Positions 17,908-27,559 are shown, counted from the stretch's first letter. The stretch is 64,000 nt of DNA from an uncultured Prevotella sp. (GCA_947164965.1 CAMUYR010000009.1:8072-72071); one strand, 5' to 3'. Numbers and translations: made by a program. The notes: generated by a model from the sequence alone, not told the origin.

Positions 17908-19068
17908 TTATTCTTCAGGATTCTTTGAGTGGTAGTATTCAAGAGGAGCACCGTTGATGGCATCCTGGGTGTGGTTTATCCAGATCTGACGGATCTTAGG
18001 CAATTCGAGCAGACCGTACTCAATCATCGTCGAGTTGTCGCACTCGTAGCCCAGGTGATGGAAGTACATCTTCCAAGAAGTGTCCTCGACCTCGCCCTCT
18101 TCGTTAGGTGTGAAGCCTACGCCTTCCTGCCAGTTGTCGTCATCGTCGCCAGCCATATCGTTGTGACCGTGGTCGCCATCGATAGACATGAGCGGTGTGC
18201 AATATACCTTACCACTGGTGATGCCAGCAGCCACCATACGGGCATAGACATTGGTCTTGAAGTTGTCCATCATATCAACGGTTCCTACGAAGTAGTTCTT
18301 GCTGTACTTCTGCAGCTCGGTCTCCAGTTCGGTGTAGCGAACGTTAGCCTTATAGGTGTCGTACTCATCGGGGTTACCATGACCCATGAAAGCGACAACA
18401 GCATTGGCTGCCTTGTCACCATAGAGTGCATCGAGCTCCTTGGCAACAGATTTCACATCTTCCTCAGCATCCTGCAACAGGGGCACACCGAGCTTCAGGG
18501 TTACACCAGCCAGATAGGCATCGTCGAGGTCGCCATTGGCATTGTTGGCGAAGTCCTTGATGTAGTTGATAACGCGGGTGTACTCCTCGCCGGGAATCAC
18601 CTGCAGCGACTGGACAACAATCTCCTCATACTGCACACCCTCGGCAGCAAAGGCGTTGAGCCAGAAGGGAGGTGCATAGTAGTTGCGGGAAACACCGTTC
18701 TCACCGGCAGCGGCACGGTTGATACAGATGGCTGATGAGTAGCTCAGGAATACGTCGTAGCCGGCGAATGCATTCTTGTAGGCATCAATCGTTGTGTCGA
18801 ATGCATTGAAGCCCTGTTCCCATGTGCAACCGAAGGCAACGAGCAGAATAACCTTCTTGTTCTTCTTGTTAGCTTTCACGTGATCGGTAACAGCTTTCTG
18901 ATAGCGTGACCAGTTATTGTCCTGTGGCACTTCCACAACGACCTCTACTTCCGTCTCGACAGGAACTTCTACGATTTTCTCCACTTCTTTTTCCTTTTCG
19001 CAGGAAGCGAGACCCATGGTGAGGCAAACGGCTGCGAATGCCATCACGAAATACTTAATCTTCTTCAT
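17908..19068 (-). CDS. cbiK: CbiK-family chelatase lipoprotein
   Basis: Lipobox LAS-C with acidic residues after the Cys; ILLVAFG, MGHG and PLM..GDH..NDM motifs; start placed at MKKIKY. Confidence 0.8.
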   Translation of the reverse strand: MKKIKYFVMAFAAVCLTMGLASCEKEKEVEKIVEVPVETEVEVVVEVPQDNNWSRYQKAVTDHVKANKKNKKVILLVAFGCTWEQGFNAFDTTIDAYKNAFAGYDVFLSYSSAICINRAAAGENGVSRNYYAPPFWLNAFAAEGVQYEEIVVQSLQVIPGEEYTRVINYIKDFANNANGDLDDAYLAGVTLKLGVPLLQDAEEDVKSVAKELDALYGDKAANAVVAFMGHGNPDEYDTYKANVRYTELETELQKYSKNYFVGTVDMMDNFKTNVYARMVAAGITSGKVYCTPLMSIDGDHGHNDMAGDDDDNWQEGVGFTPNEEGEVEDTSWKMYFHHLGYECDNSTMIEYGLLELPKIRQIWINHTQDAINGAPLEYYHSKNPEE

Positions 19069-21208
19069 TGTTACTTGATTTAAAATTAGACTTATTGTTA
19101 GTAAACTTAAGTTTCTTGCCTTGTGCAAAGCGAATGGTCAGCGTGCCATAGACGGTGCGACCTGGGGTGGTAGTGCCCAAGTGCAGACCATGAGGCGTGC
19201 GGTCGACATAGTTGAAGATATTGTCGATGCCTGCCTCAAGACGGAACAGCCACTTCTTGCTGACGGGGAACTCGTGGTTGGTGGATATGCGCCACGTCTG
19301 ATAGCCCTTGCCATCGCCATTTATCTGATAATAGCGCTTCGACGACATGCGACCATAAAGACCAACACCCATGTGATAGGCCGACGAGAAGTCGTGGTTC
19401 CACGTGAGCAGCCAGCTGCCCTTATGGTGGGCCATACCATCGATGACGACATCGATAAGACGGTCGTGGTTGGTGTCGTACTTCTTGGCATCGGTATCCA
19501 GATAGCTATAGCTGGCACCCACCATCCACTCGCGGTTCAGACGATAGCGAATGCTGACGTCGATGCCCTTGGTCTCGGCTGTTTCCAGATTCTGATACTG
19601 GCGTGTCTTCCTGGGGTCGTACTTCACGATATACTCAGCGGGAGCCTGACTGTTGGGGATGGTGACAAGCGTAATCATATCCTTCACCTTGTTGATATAT
19701 CCCGTCACCGTGACGTTCAGTCCCTGCCAGTTGTATTCGCCACTCACCGCATAGTAGTTGGAGGTCTGAGGCTTCAGATTCTCGTTGCCCAGATAGAGAT
19801 AGGTGGCATTCATGTATTTCACATAGCGATAATACAATTCCTTGGGGGTAGGGGTCTTGAAACCCTGACTCCACGTGGCACGCAGACGGATATTGTCGCC
19901 CAGCGAGAGCATGCCGGATATCTTAGGCGAAAGGTTGGTGCCGAACTGTACGTTATGGTTCAGACGCAGACCGCCAGTGATGTTCATAGCGACCTTCGGA
20001 CTGAAGGTATAGCTGAACTCATCCTGCACGTAGGTAGCCTCGGTATTGTCTCTGGCTACACCGCCTTCCACACGCATGGGAGCCTCCAGATAGTCGTAAC
20101 GCCATTCTAAACCCGCACTCAGACGATTGTTGTAGGGTAGGGTGAAGATGCCCTTCATATGGGCCATCATACGGCGCTGATCGCTCTGCAGCTCTTCATC
20201 GCCAGGGAAGTAGGGATAGTAAGGGGTGAAGTTGCCATGAGGGTCATAACCATCAGTCAGTGTGGTATCCGTATAATTATAATAGTACGCGTGACGATCC
20301 CAGTTGACGTCGAGTGTCACCTGGTCGTTCTTGTTCAGTTTCCACTTACCACCAGCAGCCAGACTCTGATTGCGATAAGCCATATCGTAGGTCTTCACGT
20401 CGACGGCAGCATACTTACCGCTGGGGCGATAGATACGTTTCCAATACGTTGAGCCCTCGGCATAGAGTTCCAGACGCTTCGTGGGTTCGTAGGTGAGACG
20501 CTCGGACACTTGCCAACTGGTATGCCTATTGACCGTCATATTACGGGAGTCTTCTATCAGGAACTCCGTCTGCTTGGGGTCTTCCGTAGCGGTGTTCTGC
20601 CAACCATCGGAGTGCTGCAATTGGAAATTGGTATAGCTCTTCACCTTGCCAATGGCAATGCCTATGCCGTTGTGCTGGCGGATATCGCCGTAGCTGCCAC
20701 CACGTGTGCTGTTTTCGAAGAGCAGTCCCTCGTTGTGCTTTTTCGTGATGATGTTTACCACACCGGCAATGGCATCGGAGCCATAGAGGGCACTCGAGGC
20801 ACCCTTGACAATCTCAATCTTCTCAATGTTCTGGGGATCGATGAGCGAGAGGTCGTTCTGTCCACCCACATCGCCATGAATGCGCTTGCCGTCGATGAGC
20901 ACCAGGATATAGTCGTTCCCTAAGCCGTTCATCTGCATCTGCGAGCCCATGTCGTCCTGCGAGAAAGCAAACGACGCCGTAAGACCTGCGAGGATATCCT
21001 CCAGACTCTTACCACCATAGTTGCGCAGCATCTTCTGCGTGATGACCTCCGTTTGCACAGGGGCATTCTTCAGCAAGTGCTGGGTACCAGTACCCGTCAC
21101 CACTACTTCTTGCAAACTGTCGGAGCGCCAAATGTCGCTTTGTGCCTCGACAGACGCGACTGCACATAAAGCCAGCAATCCTACTGTCAGTAATCTTTTC
21201 ATTAGCAT
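19055..21208 (-). CDS. btuB: BtuB-like TonB-dependent receptor
   Basis: EVVVTGTGT; KIEIVKGASSALYGSDAIAG; first gene after the cobalamin riboswitch. Confidence 0.85.
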   Translation of the reverse strand: MLMKRLLTVGLLALCAVASVEAQSDIWRSDSLQEVVVTGTGTQHLLKNAPVQTEVITQKMLRNYGGKSLEDILAGLTASFAFSQDDMGSQMQMNGLGNDYILVLIDGKRIHGDVGGQNDLSLIDPQNIEKIEIVKGASSALYGSDAIAGVVNIITKKHNEGLLFENSTRGGSYGDIRQHNGIGIAIGKVKSYTNFQLQHSDGWQNTATEDPKQTEFLIEDSRNMTVNRHTSWQVSERLTYEPTKRLELYAEGSTYWKRIYRPSGKYAAVDVKTYDMAYRNQSLAAGGKWKLNKNDQVTLDVNWDRHAYYYNYTDTTLTDGYDPHGNFTPYYPYFPGDEELQSDQRRMMAHMKGIFTLPYNNRLSAGLEWRYDYLEAPMRVEGGVARDNTEATYVQDEFSYTFSPKVAMNITGGLRLNHNVQFGTNLSPKISGMLSLGDNIRLRATWSQGFKTPTPKELYYRYVKYMNATYLYLGNENLKPQTSNYYAVSGEYNWQGLNVTVTGYINKVKDMITLVTIPNSQAPAEYIVKYDPRKTRQYQNLETAETKGIDVSIRYRLNREWMVGASYSYLDTDAKKYDTNHDRLIDVVIDGMAHHKGSWLLTWNHDFSSAYHMGVGLYGRMSSKRYYQINGDGKGYQTWRISTNHEFPVSKKWLFRLEAGIDNIFNYVDRTPHGLHLGTTTPGRTVYGTLTIRFAQGKKLKFTNNKSNFKSSNNEED

Positions 21209-21257
21209 GTCTTGTCTTCCGCTACCGCATAATCCTGTACGGGCGTACTCATCGTTA

Positions 21258-21425
21258 TCAGGCAGGTATTCTGGCTCTCCCCAATCTGCTTTACCTTCCC
21301 GAGCTTGTGCTCAGTGGCGTTATACAAGCAGACCTTTCAAAGGGGGATTACAGCTGCAGGTACAGCTCCGGATTTGCACCGGATTCCCTTACATCATGGC
21401 GGCATCGGCCACCAGATTGCCATTT
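21258..21425 (-). ncRNA. Cobalamin (B12) riboswitch
   Basis: Minus strand reads AGGGAATCCGGTGCAAATCCGGAGCTGTACCTGCAGCTGTAA...GCCACTG...GGGAAGG...GAGCCAGAATACCTGCC; promoter TATCTTTG at 21441-21434. Confidence 0.9.
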
Positions 21426-21509
21426 TATTGCGGCAAAGATACAACTTTTTTCTGTTGATTGTGCATAATTAACGGATTTTTTTTAATTTTGCACAAAAAT
21501 CATCTCAAG

Positions 21510-22169
21510 ATGGCATCGAAAACAGCATTTCTGATAGCAGCACCAACCAGTGGCTCAGGCAAAACGACGATTGCCCGAGGACTGATGAAACTGTTGACGG
21601 ACAAGGGTTATCGGGTTCAGCCTTTCAAGTGTGGACCTGATTATATCGACACCAAATTCCACGAGGCAGTATGTGGACGCCCTTCTGTCAATCTCGATAC
21701 GTTTATGGCAACGCCAGAACATATCAGGGAATTGTTTCATCGCTATGGCGACGATGCTGACGTGTGTATCGTAGAAGGTATGATGGGACTCTACGATGGC
21801 TACGATCGTGAACGGGGCTCGTCGTACGAGATAGCCCGCGAGCTGGATATCCCCGTGGTGCTGGTGGTCGATGCGAAGTCTGCCGCCTATTCTATGGCAG
21901 CACTCATTGCCGGATTCGTCAATTACAGGAAAGACGTCCGCATCAGCGGTCTTATATTTAATAAGGTGGGGAGCGAGCGCCACTTCGCCATGCTGCAACA
22001 GGTATGCGACGATTTAGGTATAGCCTGTCTGGGCTATCTGCCGAAGCAGGCAGCGCTGGAACAAGGCTCGCGCTATCTGGGACTCGATTTTTCGCAGAGA
22101 CCTGAAACCCAGCAACTTGTAGAACGCTTAGAACAGAACGTAAGATGGGAGAAACTGCTAGAATTGTAA
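21510..22169 (+). CDS. cbiA: Cobyrinate a,c-diamide synthase, N-terminal synthetase half (gene split)
   Basis: SGSGKTT, FKCGPDYID, VEGMMGLYDG; stops before the GATase domain. Confidence 0.8.
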   Translation: MASKTAFLIAAPTSGSGKTTIARGLMKLLTDKGYRVQPFKCGPDYIDTKFHEAVCGRPSVNLDTFMATPEHIRELFHRYGDDADVCIVEGMMGLYDGYDRERGSSYEIARELDIPVVLVVDAKSAAYSMAALIAGFVNYRKDVRISGLIFNKVGSERHFAMLQQVCDDLGIACLGYLPKQAALEQGSRYLGLDFSQRPETQQLVERLEQNVRWEKLLEL

Positions 22170-22738
22170 TAGCCCGCAATGCGGAGGCGTTCTCCTTTAT
22201 CTATCAGGAGAATATCGACCGATTTGAGCATGTCTCGTTTTTCGATCCCGAGACGGATGTGCCTTGTCTTGACGATGCCGATCTGTTATACCTGCCTGGA
22301 GGCTACCCTGAGAAACATCTGGAGGCGCTGGTGGCTAACGAGGCTTGCCGCAAAACTATCAGGGACTATGCTGAGCGAGGTGGAAGGATTCAGGCTGAAT
22401 GCGGAGGTATGATGTATCTCTGCGAGAAGATAGTGACTGACGACGGTGAGTATCCGATGTGTGGCGTGCTGCCTTACGCTATTACGGCCCGCAAGGCTGA
22501 CAGGAAGCTGTCGCTGGGTTATCGCAGGTTTATGCTGGATGGTAGGGAATATCGTGGACATGAGTTTCATTATACGCAGTTCCTCACCCCACCCCTTGCC
22601 CATCCCCTTCAAGGGGAGGGGAATGGGGAGGGGTCAGTTACGCAGGTCTATAACGCCAAGGGCGAGCCTGTTGACACCCCTGTGTTGAAGTATAAGAATG
22701 TGCTGGCGAGCTATACGCATCTGTATATTATTGGATAA
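22145..22738 (+). CDS. cbiA: Cobyrinate a,c-diamide synthase, C-terminal glutamine amidotransferase half (-1 frame)
   Basis: ARNAEAFSFIY, YLPGGYPE, AECGGMMYL, RGHEFHY, ASYTHLY. Confidence 0.75.
   Translation: MGETARIVIARNAEAFSFIYQENIDRFEHVSFFDPETDVPCLDDADLLYLPGGYPEKHLEALVANEACRKTIRDYAERGGRIQAECGGMMYLCEKIVTDDGEYPMCGVLPYAITARKADRKLSLGYRRFMLDGREYRGHEFHYTQFLTPPLAHPLQGEGNGEGSVTQVYNAKGEPVDTPVLKYKNVLASYTHLYIIG
22582..22633. repeat. CCCCTCCCC/GGGGAGGGG-type palindromic element in frame in cbiA-C
   Basis: cctcaccccaccccttgcccatccccttcaaggggaggggaatggggagggg; encodes LTPPLAHPLQGEGNGEG. Confidence 0.75.
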
Positions 22739-22784
22739 TGGATAATTCTTTGACCTAAAGGTACAAAGCGACCAGAGGTCGAGC

Positions 22785-22812
22785 GGACAATGGACAATTG
22801 ATAATTGAGAAT
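22785..22812. repeat. Heptamer array just upstream of the cbiP ATG
   Basis: GGACAAT GGACAAT TGATAAT TGAGAAT. Confidence 0.75.
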
Positions 22813-22813
22813 T

Positions 22814-24247
22814 ATGAAGTTGCTTCATCCCATTATGCTGGCAGGTACAGGCAGTGACGTAGGAAAAAGCGTCATTGCAGCAGCATTGTGTCGTATCTTT
22901 AAGCAGGACGGCTATCATCCCGCTCCCTTCAAGGCCCAGAATATGGCACTCAACTCGTATGCCACACCCGAGGGTTTGGAGATAGGTCGTGCCCAAGCCG
23001 TGCAGGCAGAAGCCGCAGGAATTGCGTGCCATACGGATATGAATCCGCTGTTGCTGAAACCTCAGAGCGACCATATATCACAAGTGGTGCTGAACGGTAA
23101 ACCATTAGGCAATCGCGATGCCTATGATTACTGGAGACGAGGAACATCAGATATCGATTTCCGTAAGGAGGTATGTGATGCTTTCGATCGTTTGTTGGCA
23201 CGCTATAATCCCATCGTGATGGAGGGTGCTGGCAGCATTTCAGAAATCAATCTGAGGGATACGGATTTGGTGAATCTTCCGATGGCGCGACATGCCAAAG
23301 CCGATGTGATTCTGGTGGGCGATATTGATCGTGGCGGTGTGTTTGCTTCCGTCTATGGCAGCATCATGTTGCAGACGCCTGAAGACCGCCAACTCATCAA
23401 GGGTATCGTCATCAATAAGTTTCGTGGCGATATGCGGCTCTTCGACAAAGGGCGTAAGATGTTGGAGGATATCTGTGGTGTTCCCGTCTTGGGTGTCGTC
23501 CCTTATTACAAAGATATCTATATCGAAGAAGAAGATTCGGTGAGTCTTGAGAAAAAGCAGCGCGAGTTGGCAGAAGGCAAAGTAAACGTCGCTGTAGTGC
23601 TGTTGCGGCATATCTCTAACTTTACCGATTTCGATAGGCTGGAGCGCGACCCTCGCGTCAATTTGTTCTATACGAATAACGTCAGCGATATAAACCATGC
23701 AGATATTATCATCCTGCCTGGTACCAAAGCTACACTGGACGATCTGCTGGAGTTGCGTCGTAATGGTTGTGCACAGGCTATTATCCGTGCACATCGTGAC
23801 GGAAAGATGGTGATAGGAATCTGTGGTGGCTATCAGATGCTGGGACAGATGGTTAGCGACCCGGATGGCATCGAGGGCACTATTACCAGTTTGCCTGGTC
23901 TTGGCCTTCTTCCTATACAAACCACGATGACTCCTACGAAGACGACACGCCAAGTGACGTTCCAATTTGAAGGCGAGACTTGTCAGGGTTACGAGATACA
24001 CCAGGGCGTGAGCGATACTGATGAGGCTATCATACAGACAGACCATTGCTTGGGCACCTATATTCACGGTTTCCTGGATAATGCTCCCGTCATTGAACAC
24101 CTGCTAAAAGCTAAGAGCCAAAAGCCAATAGCCAATAGCATCAGCTATGCTGCCTTTAAAGAAGAACAATACGACAAGCTGGCAGCGCATGTGCGTCAGT
24201 ATGTAGACATTCCACAACTCTATCAGATTCTACAGAACCATGAATGA
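22814..24247 (+). CDS. cbiP: Cobyric acid synthase
   Basis: GTGSDVGKS, FKAQNMALNS, EGAGS, GICGGYQMLG, GTYIHG. Confidence 0.95.
   Translation: MKLLHPIMLAGTGSDVGKSVIAAALCRIFKQDGYHPAPFKAQNMALNSYATPEGLEIGRAQAVQAEAAGIACHTDMNPLLLKPQSDHISQVVLNGKPLGNRDAYDYWRRGTSDIDFRKEVCDAFDRLLARYNPIVMEGAGSISEINLRDTDLVNLPMARHAKADVILVGDIDRGGVFASVYGSIMLQTPEDRQLIKGIVINKFRGDMRLFDKGRKMLEDICGVPVLGVVPYYKDIYIEEEDSVSLEKKQRELAEGKVNVAVVLLRHISNFTDFDRLERDPRVNLFYTNNVSDINHADIIILPGTKATLDDLLELRRNGCAQAIIRAHRDGKMVIGICGGYQMLGQMVSDPDGIEGTITSLPGLGLLPIQTTMTPTKTTRQVTFQFEGETCQGYEIHQGVSDTDEAIIQTDHCLGTYIHGFLDNAPVIEHLLKAKSQKPIANSISYAAFKEEQYDKLAAHVRQYVDIPQLYQILQNHE
24103..24139. repeat. Heptamer array GCYAA(A/G/T)A x5, in frame in cbiP
   Basis: Encodes LKAKSQKPIANS. 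Confidence 0.85.
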
Positions 24248-25178
24248 ATGGTTGGTCATATTACCTTTGTTGTTAGGATGGTTGCTCGACCTGGTGTTGG
24301 GCGATCCCACGTGGCTTCCGCATCCCATTGTGTGGTTTGGCAAAGCTATTGCCTTCTGTGAGCATCATCTGAACAAGGGTCAGCACCGGAAAGTGAAAGG
24401 GGCTCTTGTGGCCATAGGACTCATCGCGATAACCTTCGCCATAGGATTAATTATCAATTGTCAATTATCAATTATCAATTTTGTAATAGTCTTCTTTTGT
24501 TTAGCAGGCACCACACTGATTAGGGAAGTAAGAGAGGTGTTCCGTGCCGTAGACCGTTCGCTGGAGGAGGGTAGGCGACAGGTGGCTCGCATTGTAGGTC
24601 GTGATACATCAGAGCTCTCTGCTCAGGAGATTCGCACAGCAGCACTGGAGACGTTGGCAGAGAATCTGAGTGACGGTGTGATAGCCCCCTTATTCTGGCT
24701 TGCTATACTGGGTGTTCCTGGCATGCTGGCATATAAGATGGTGAATACCCTCGACTCGATGATAGGCTATCGCACAGAACGCTATAAGGACTTTGGGTGT
24801 TGGGCAGCTCATATCGACGATATCGCTAATTATATTCCTGCCCGTCTCACGGCTCTGCTCATGATAATTGGCTATAGGCTATTAGCCATTAGCGATTGGC
24901 CAAAAGCCAAAAACCAAAAGCTAATAGCTTTCGTGTGGCGTTATGGTCGCAATCATGCTAGTCCTAATAGCGGATATCCTGAGGCGGCATTAGCAGGTAT
25001 TCTCAACTGTCGTTTTGGTGGTCCACACTATTACTTTGGCGAACTATTCGATAAACCGTATATCGGCGAGAATGATCGTGAACTGACGACTGACGACATG
25101 AAAAAAGCCGTTCTCATTAATCGAACGGCAGAAGTCATGATGGTAATACTGACAGGCTTGTGCCTGTGGTTTATCTGA
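24240..25178 (+). CDS. cbiB: Adenosylcobinamide-phosphate synthase
   Basis: GDP.WLPHPIVWFG, IVGRDT, ETLAENLSDG, SPNSGYPEAA. Confidence 0.95.
   Translation: MNEWLVILPLLLGWLLDLVLGDPTWLPHPIVWFGKAIAFCEHHLNKGQHRKVKGALVAIGLIAITFAIGLIINCQLSIINFVIVFFCLAGTTLIREVREVFRAVDRSLEEGRRQVARIVGRDTSELSAQEIRTAALETLAENLSDGVIAPLFWLAILGVPGMLAYKMVNTLDSMIGYRTERYKDFGCWAAHIDDIANYIPARLTALLMIIGYRLLAISDWPKAKNQKLIAFVWRYGRNHASPNSGYPEAALAGILNCRFGGPHYYFGELFDKPYIGENDRELTTDDMKKAVLINRTAEVMMVILTGLCLWFI
24447..24481. repeat. Heptamer array TCAATT(A/G) x5, in frame in cbiB
   Basis: Encodes LIINCQLSIINF. Confidence 0.85.
24867..24928. repeat. Head-to-head pair of heptamer arrays, in frame in cbiB
   Basis: ATT(A/G)GCN units followed by GCYAA(A/T)A units; encodes IGYRLLAISDWPKAKNQKLIA. 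Confidence 0.8.
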
Positions 25179-25956
25179 TAACAGCACAGACGACCAAGCA
25201 AACAGCTAACTCTACCAACAGACAGACGGCGCCACAACAGTCACCAGTATAGCCACGCAGCCGGTTCCATATCAGCAGATAGAGGAAATACATGACGATG
25301 CAAGGCAGGAAGATAACCATCTCCCAAGGCAGTCCTGTGTACCAGAGAAAGGCAGCCATCGGTAACAACCCCTGGATGGCAAGACTGACGCCTGCCTTCC
25401 AATCCATTTTCCGATAGACGGTCTTATTCTTGGCTGTTTCTTCTGTACGGGCATAGGGCATCATAAGAATCAGCTGACTAGCCACCATCTTGCTATAAGG
25501 GTCGGCAGCCAGAATAGTGAGTGCAGCCATTTCTGCCGACATCGAATAAAGGGTAGCTCCTAAAAGCAGTTCATACATGATAAGGCCCAACACACCATAA
25601 GTGCCGATATGCGAATCCTTCATAATGTCGAGGATGCGTTGGCGATCTTTACCACCACCTCCGAAGCCATCGAGGAAATCGGCTAATCCGTCTTCGTGAA
25701 GAGCTCCCGTAATAAGCAGGCGTACTACGATGGCAGCAACGACAACGACGGGGTATGAGATCACCATACTGCCGAAGTAAAGTGTGGCAGCCATTGCACC
25801 ACCCGTCAGCCATCCCGTCAAGGGCCAGTGTTCTACAACTGTTTTGTAACAATCCTTTGATGGTTCATGCAGTCGCCAGAAGGGCAGACGGGTGAAGAAG
25901 ATGAAGGCTGCCCATATACGGTCGTACCAGTGTGTCTGGTCTAATTTTATTTCCAT
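25171..25956 (-). CDS. cobS: Adenosylcobinamide-GDP ribazoletransferase
   Basis: FFTRLP, TGALHEDGLADFLDG, IMKDSHIGTYG, GYTGDCCGA. Confidence 0.95.
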   Translation of the reverse strand: MEIKLDQTHWYDRIWAAFIFFTRLPFWRLHEPSKDCYKTVVEHWPLTGWLTGGAMAATLYFGSMVISYPVVVVAAIVVRLLITGALHEDGLADFLDGFGGGGKDRQRILDIMKDSHIGTYGVLGLIMYELLLGATLYSMSAEMAALTILAADPYSKMVASQLILMMPYARTEETAKNKTVYRKMDWKAGVSLAIQGLLPMAAFLWYTGLPWEMVIFLPCIVMYFLYLLIWNRLRGYTGDCCGAVCLLVELAVCLVVCAVIR

Positions 25957-25959
25957 CGT

Positions 25960-27009
25960 TCAGAAGTATTTCGTGATGTTTGCATTATCGAAATTGTTCA
26001 TTTCATTGATCATACGGATAGCAGAGTCAATGATAGGATAAGCACAAAGCGCTCCTGTTCCCTCGCCAAGTCTTAATCCTAAGCTCAGCAACGGTTTGGC
26101 ATCAATAATATCCAGCATCTTCCGATGTCCACTCTCGTCGCCACAATGGGTGAAAATCATATAGTCTTGCGAGGCAGGATAAAGTTGGATAGCAGCGAGT
26201 GCACAAGCCGTCATGATAAAGCCGTCAACCAATATCACCAGATGGCATTCTGCAGCCCGCAACATAGCTCCGATAGCAGCAATCATCTCGAAACCGCCGA
26301 AGATTATTAGAGGTGAGAGAGGAGAGGTGAGAGGTGAGAGATATGATTGGTGGTGGGATAGCGCTCTGGAAAGAATCTCGTATTTATGTCTGATTCCGTC
26401 ATTGTTAAGTCCAGCTCCAGCACCAATACAATCTTTTAAAGGAATATTGCCAAACAGATGCATCCAGATGCTGGAGGGTGAGGTATTGCCAATACCCATC
26501 TCACCAATACACAGAATCTTGCAACCCTCGGCGATACAGTCGTCGACAAGTTGGACACCTGTTTCTATCGCCTTGTCGTACTCTTCTTCCGTCATCGCGG
26601 GTTCATAGAGAAAGTTCTTAGTGCCACGAGCAATCTTACGATTGATAATGCCATCGATATGACTCAAATCGTAATCCACTCCTACATCGACAATACGAAG
26701 TTTAAAACCATGCTGACGACAGAACATGTTCACGCCTCCACCACCATGGGTAAAGTTAATCATTTGTTGCCATGTCACTTCGCGTGGCGATATGCTGACA
26801 CCTTCACGTTCGATGCCATGATCTCCACCCAGCAACAGATGGCAAGGGTGGGATAATTCAGGGCTAAGCGTCTGCTGAATCAGACATATCTGCGTTGCCA
26901 GTTCTTCCAAACGTCCCAGTGAGCCTTTGGGCTTATTCAGATTGTCTATCTTCGTCTGAATGGCAGAGTGTAGTGTCCTGTCAGGTGTTTCTATCTTAAA
27001 CGTTCTCAT
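25960..27009 (-). CDS. cobT: Nicotinate-nucleotide--dimethylbenzimidazole phosphoribosyltransferase
   Basis: KPKGSLGRLEE, GEMGIGNTS, LRLGEGTGA. Confidence 0.95.
   Translation of the reverse strand: MRTFKIETPDRTLHSAIQTKIDNLNKPKGSLGRLEELATQICLIQQTLSPELSHPCHLLLGGDHGIEREGVSISPREVTWQQMINFTHGGGGVNMFCRQHGFKLRIVDVGVDYDLSHIDGIINRKIARGTKNFLYEPAMTEEEYDKAIETGVQLVDDCIAEGCKILCIGEMGIGNTSPSSIWMHLFGNIPLKDCIGAGAGLNNDGIRHKYEILSRALSHHQSYLSPLTSPLSPLIIFGGFEMIAAIGAMLRAAECHLVILVDGFIMTACALAAIQLYPASQDYMIFTHCGDESGHRKMLDIIDAKPLLSLGLRLGEGTGALCAYPIIDSAIRMINEMNNFDNANITKYF
26309..26343. repeat. Heptamer array AGAGGTG x5, in frame in cobT
   Basis: Encodes YLSPLTSPLS. Confidence 0.85.
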
Positions 27010-27039
27010 CACTTTTCACTTGTCACTTTTCACTTTCAC
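27009..27039. repeat. Heptamer array TCACTT(T/G) x4 spanning the cobU stop and cobT start
   Basis: Encodes VKVKSDK*. Confidence 0.85.
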
Positions 27040-27534
27040 AGCTATGCCACTAACCATGAGTATTACCTCATCGGCTTTTGAAGCGATATACTGATTCATC
27101 CAACCTTCAAGATCGGTGAATTTTCTTTGGATGGCGTTGTCGCTCACACCGCCACTGCCTATCTCGTTGGTTACGAAGATATAGGTGGCATCTTGAGCTG
27201 TGAAACGGTCGAACTCAGCTTTGACAGTTTCTAGTGTCTTCTCAACATCTGATGTCTCGAAAAAGAAATTAGTCAACCAGAGCGTCACACAATCAATGAC
27301 CACCACACGTCCTGTGAGGTCGTGTCTGCTCAAGTATTTCTCTTCTTCAATATTCGTCCATTGAGGGCCTCGCCGTTCCTGATGTTTTCGCACCCGTTCA
27401 CGAAACTCATCATCCCAGATATGTGCCGTAGCCACATAGACGGGATGGTCCGAAAGACTGAGCGCAAGATGCTCTGCCTGACTGCTCTTGCCTGAGCGTT
27501 GCCCACCTGTTATGAGAATGATTTTTCTCTCCAC
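27016..27534 (-). CDS. cobU: Adenosylcobinamide kinase/guanylyltransferase
   Basis: GGQRSGKSS, RVRKHQERR, IDCVTLWLTN, VTNEIGSG. Confidence 0.95.
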   Translation of the reverse strand: MERKIILITGGQRSGKSSQAEHLALSLSDHPVYVATAHIWDDEFRERVRKHQERRGPQWTNIEEEKYLSRHDLTGRVVVIDCVTLWLTNFFFETSDVEKTLETVKAEFDRFTAQDATYIFVTNEIGSGGVSDNAIQRKFTDLEGWMNQYIASKADEVILMVSGIAVKVKSDK

Positions 27535-27559
27535 TTTCGTTTTTTTATGATTTATGCTG

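Noticed and set aside
22140-22175. Programmed -1 frameshift in cbiA
   Set aside because: No X-XXY-YYZ slippery site or clear downstream structure; kept only as a split or frameshifted gene.
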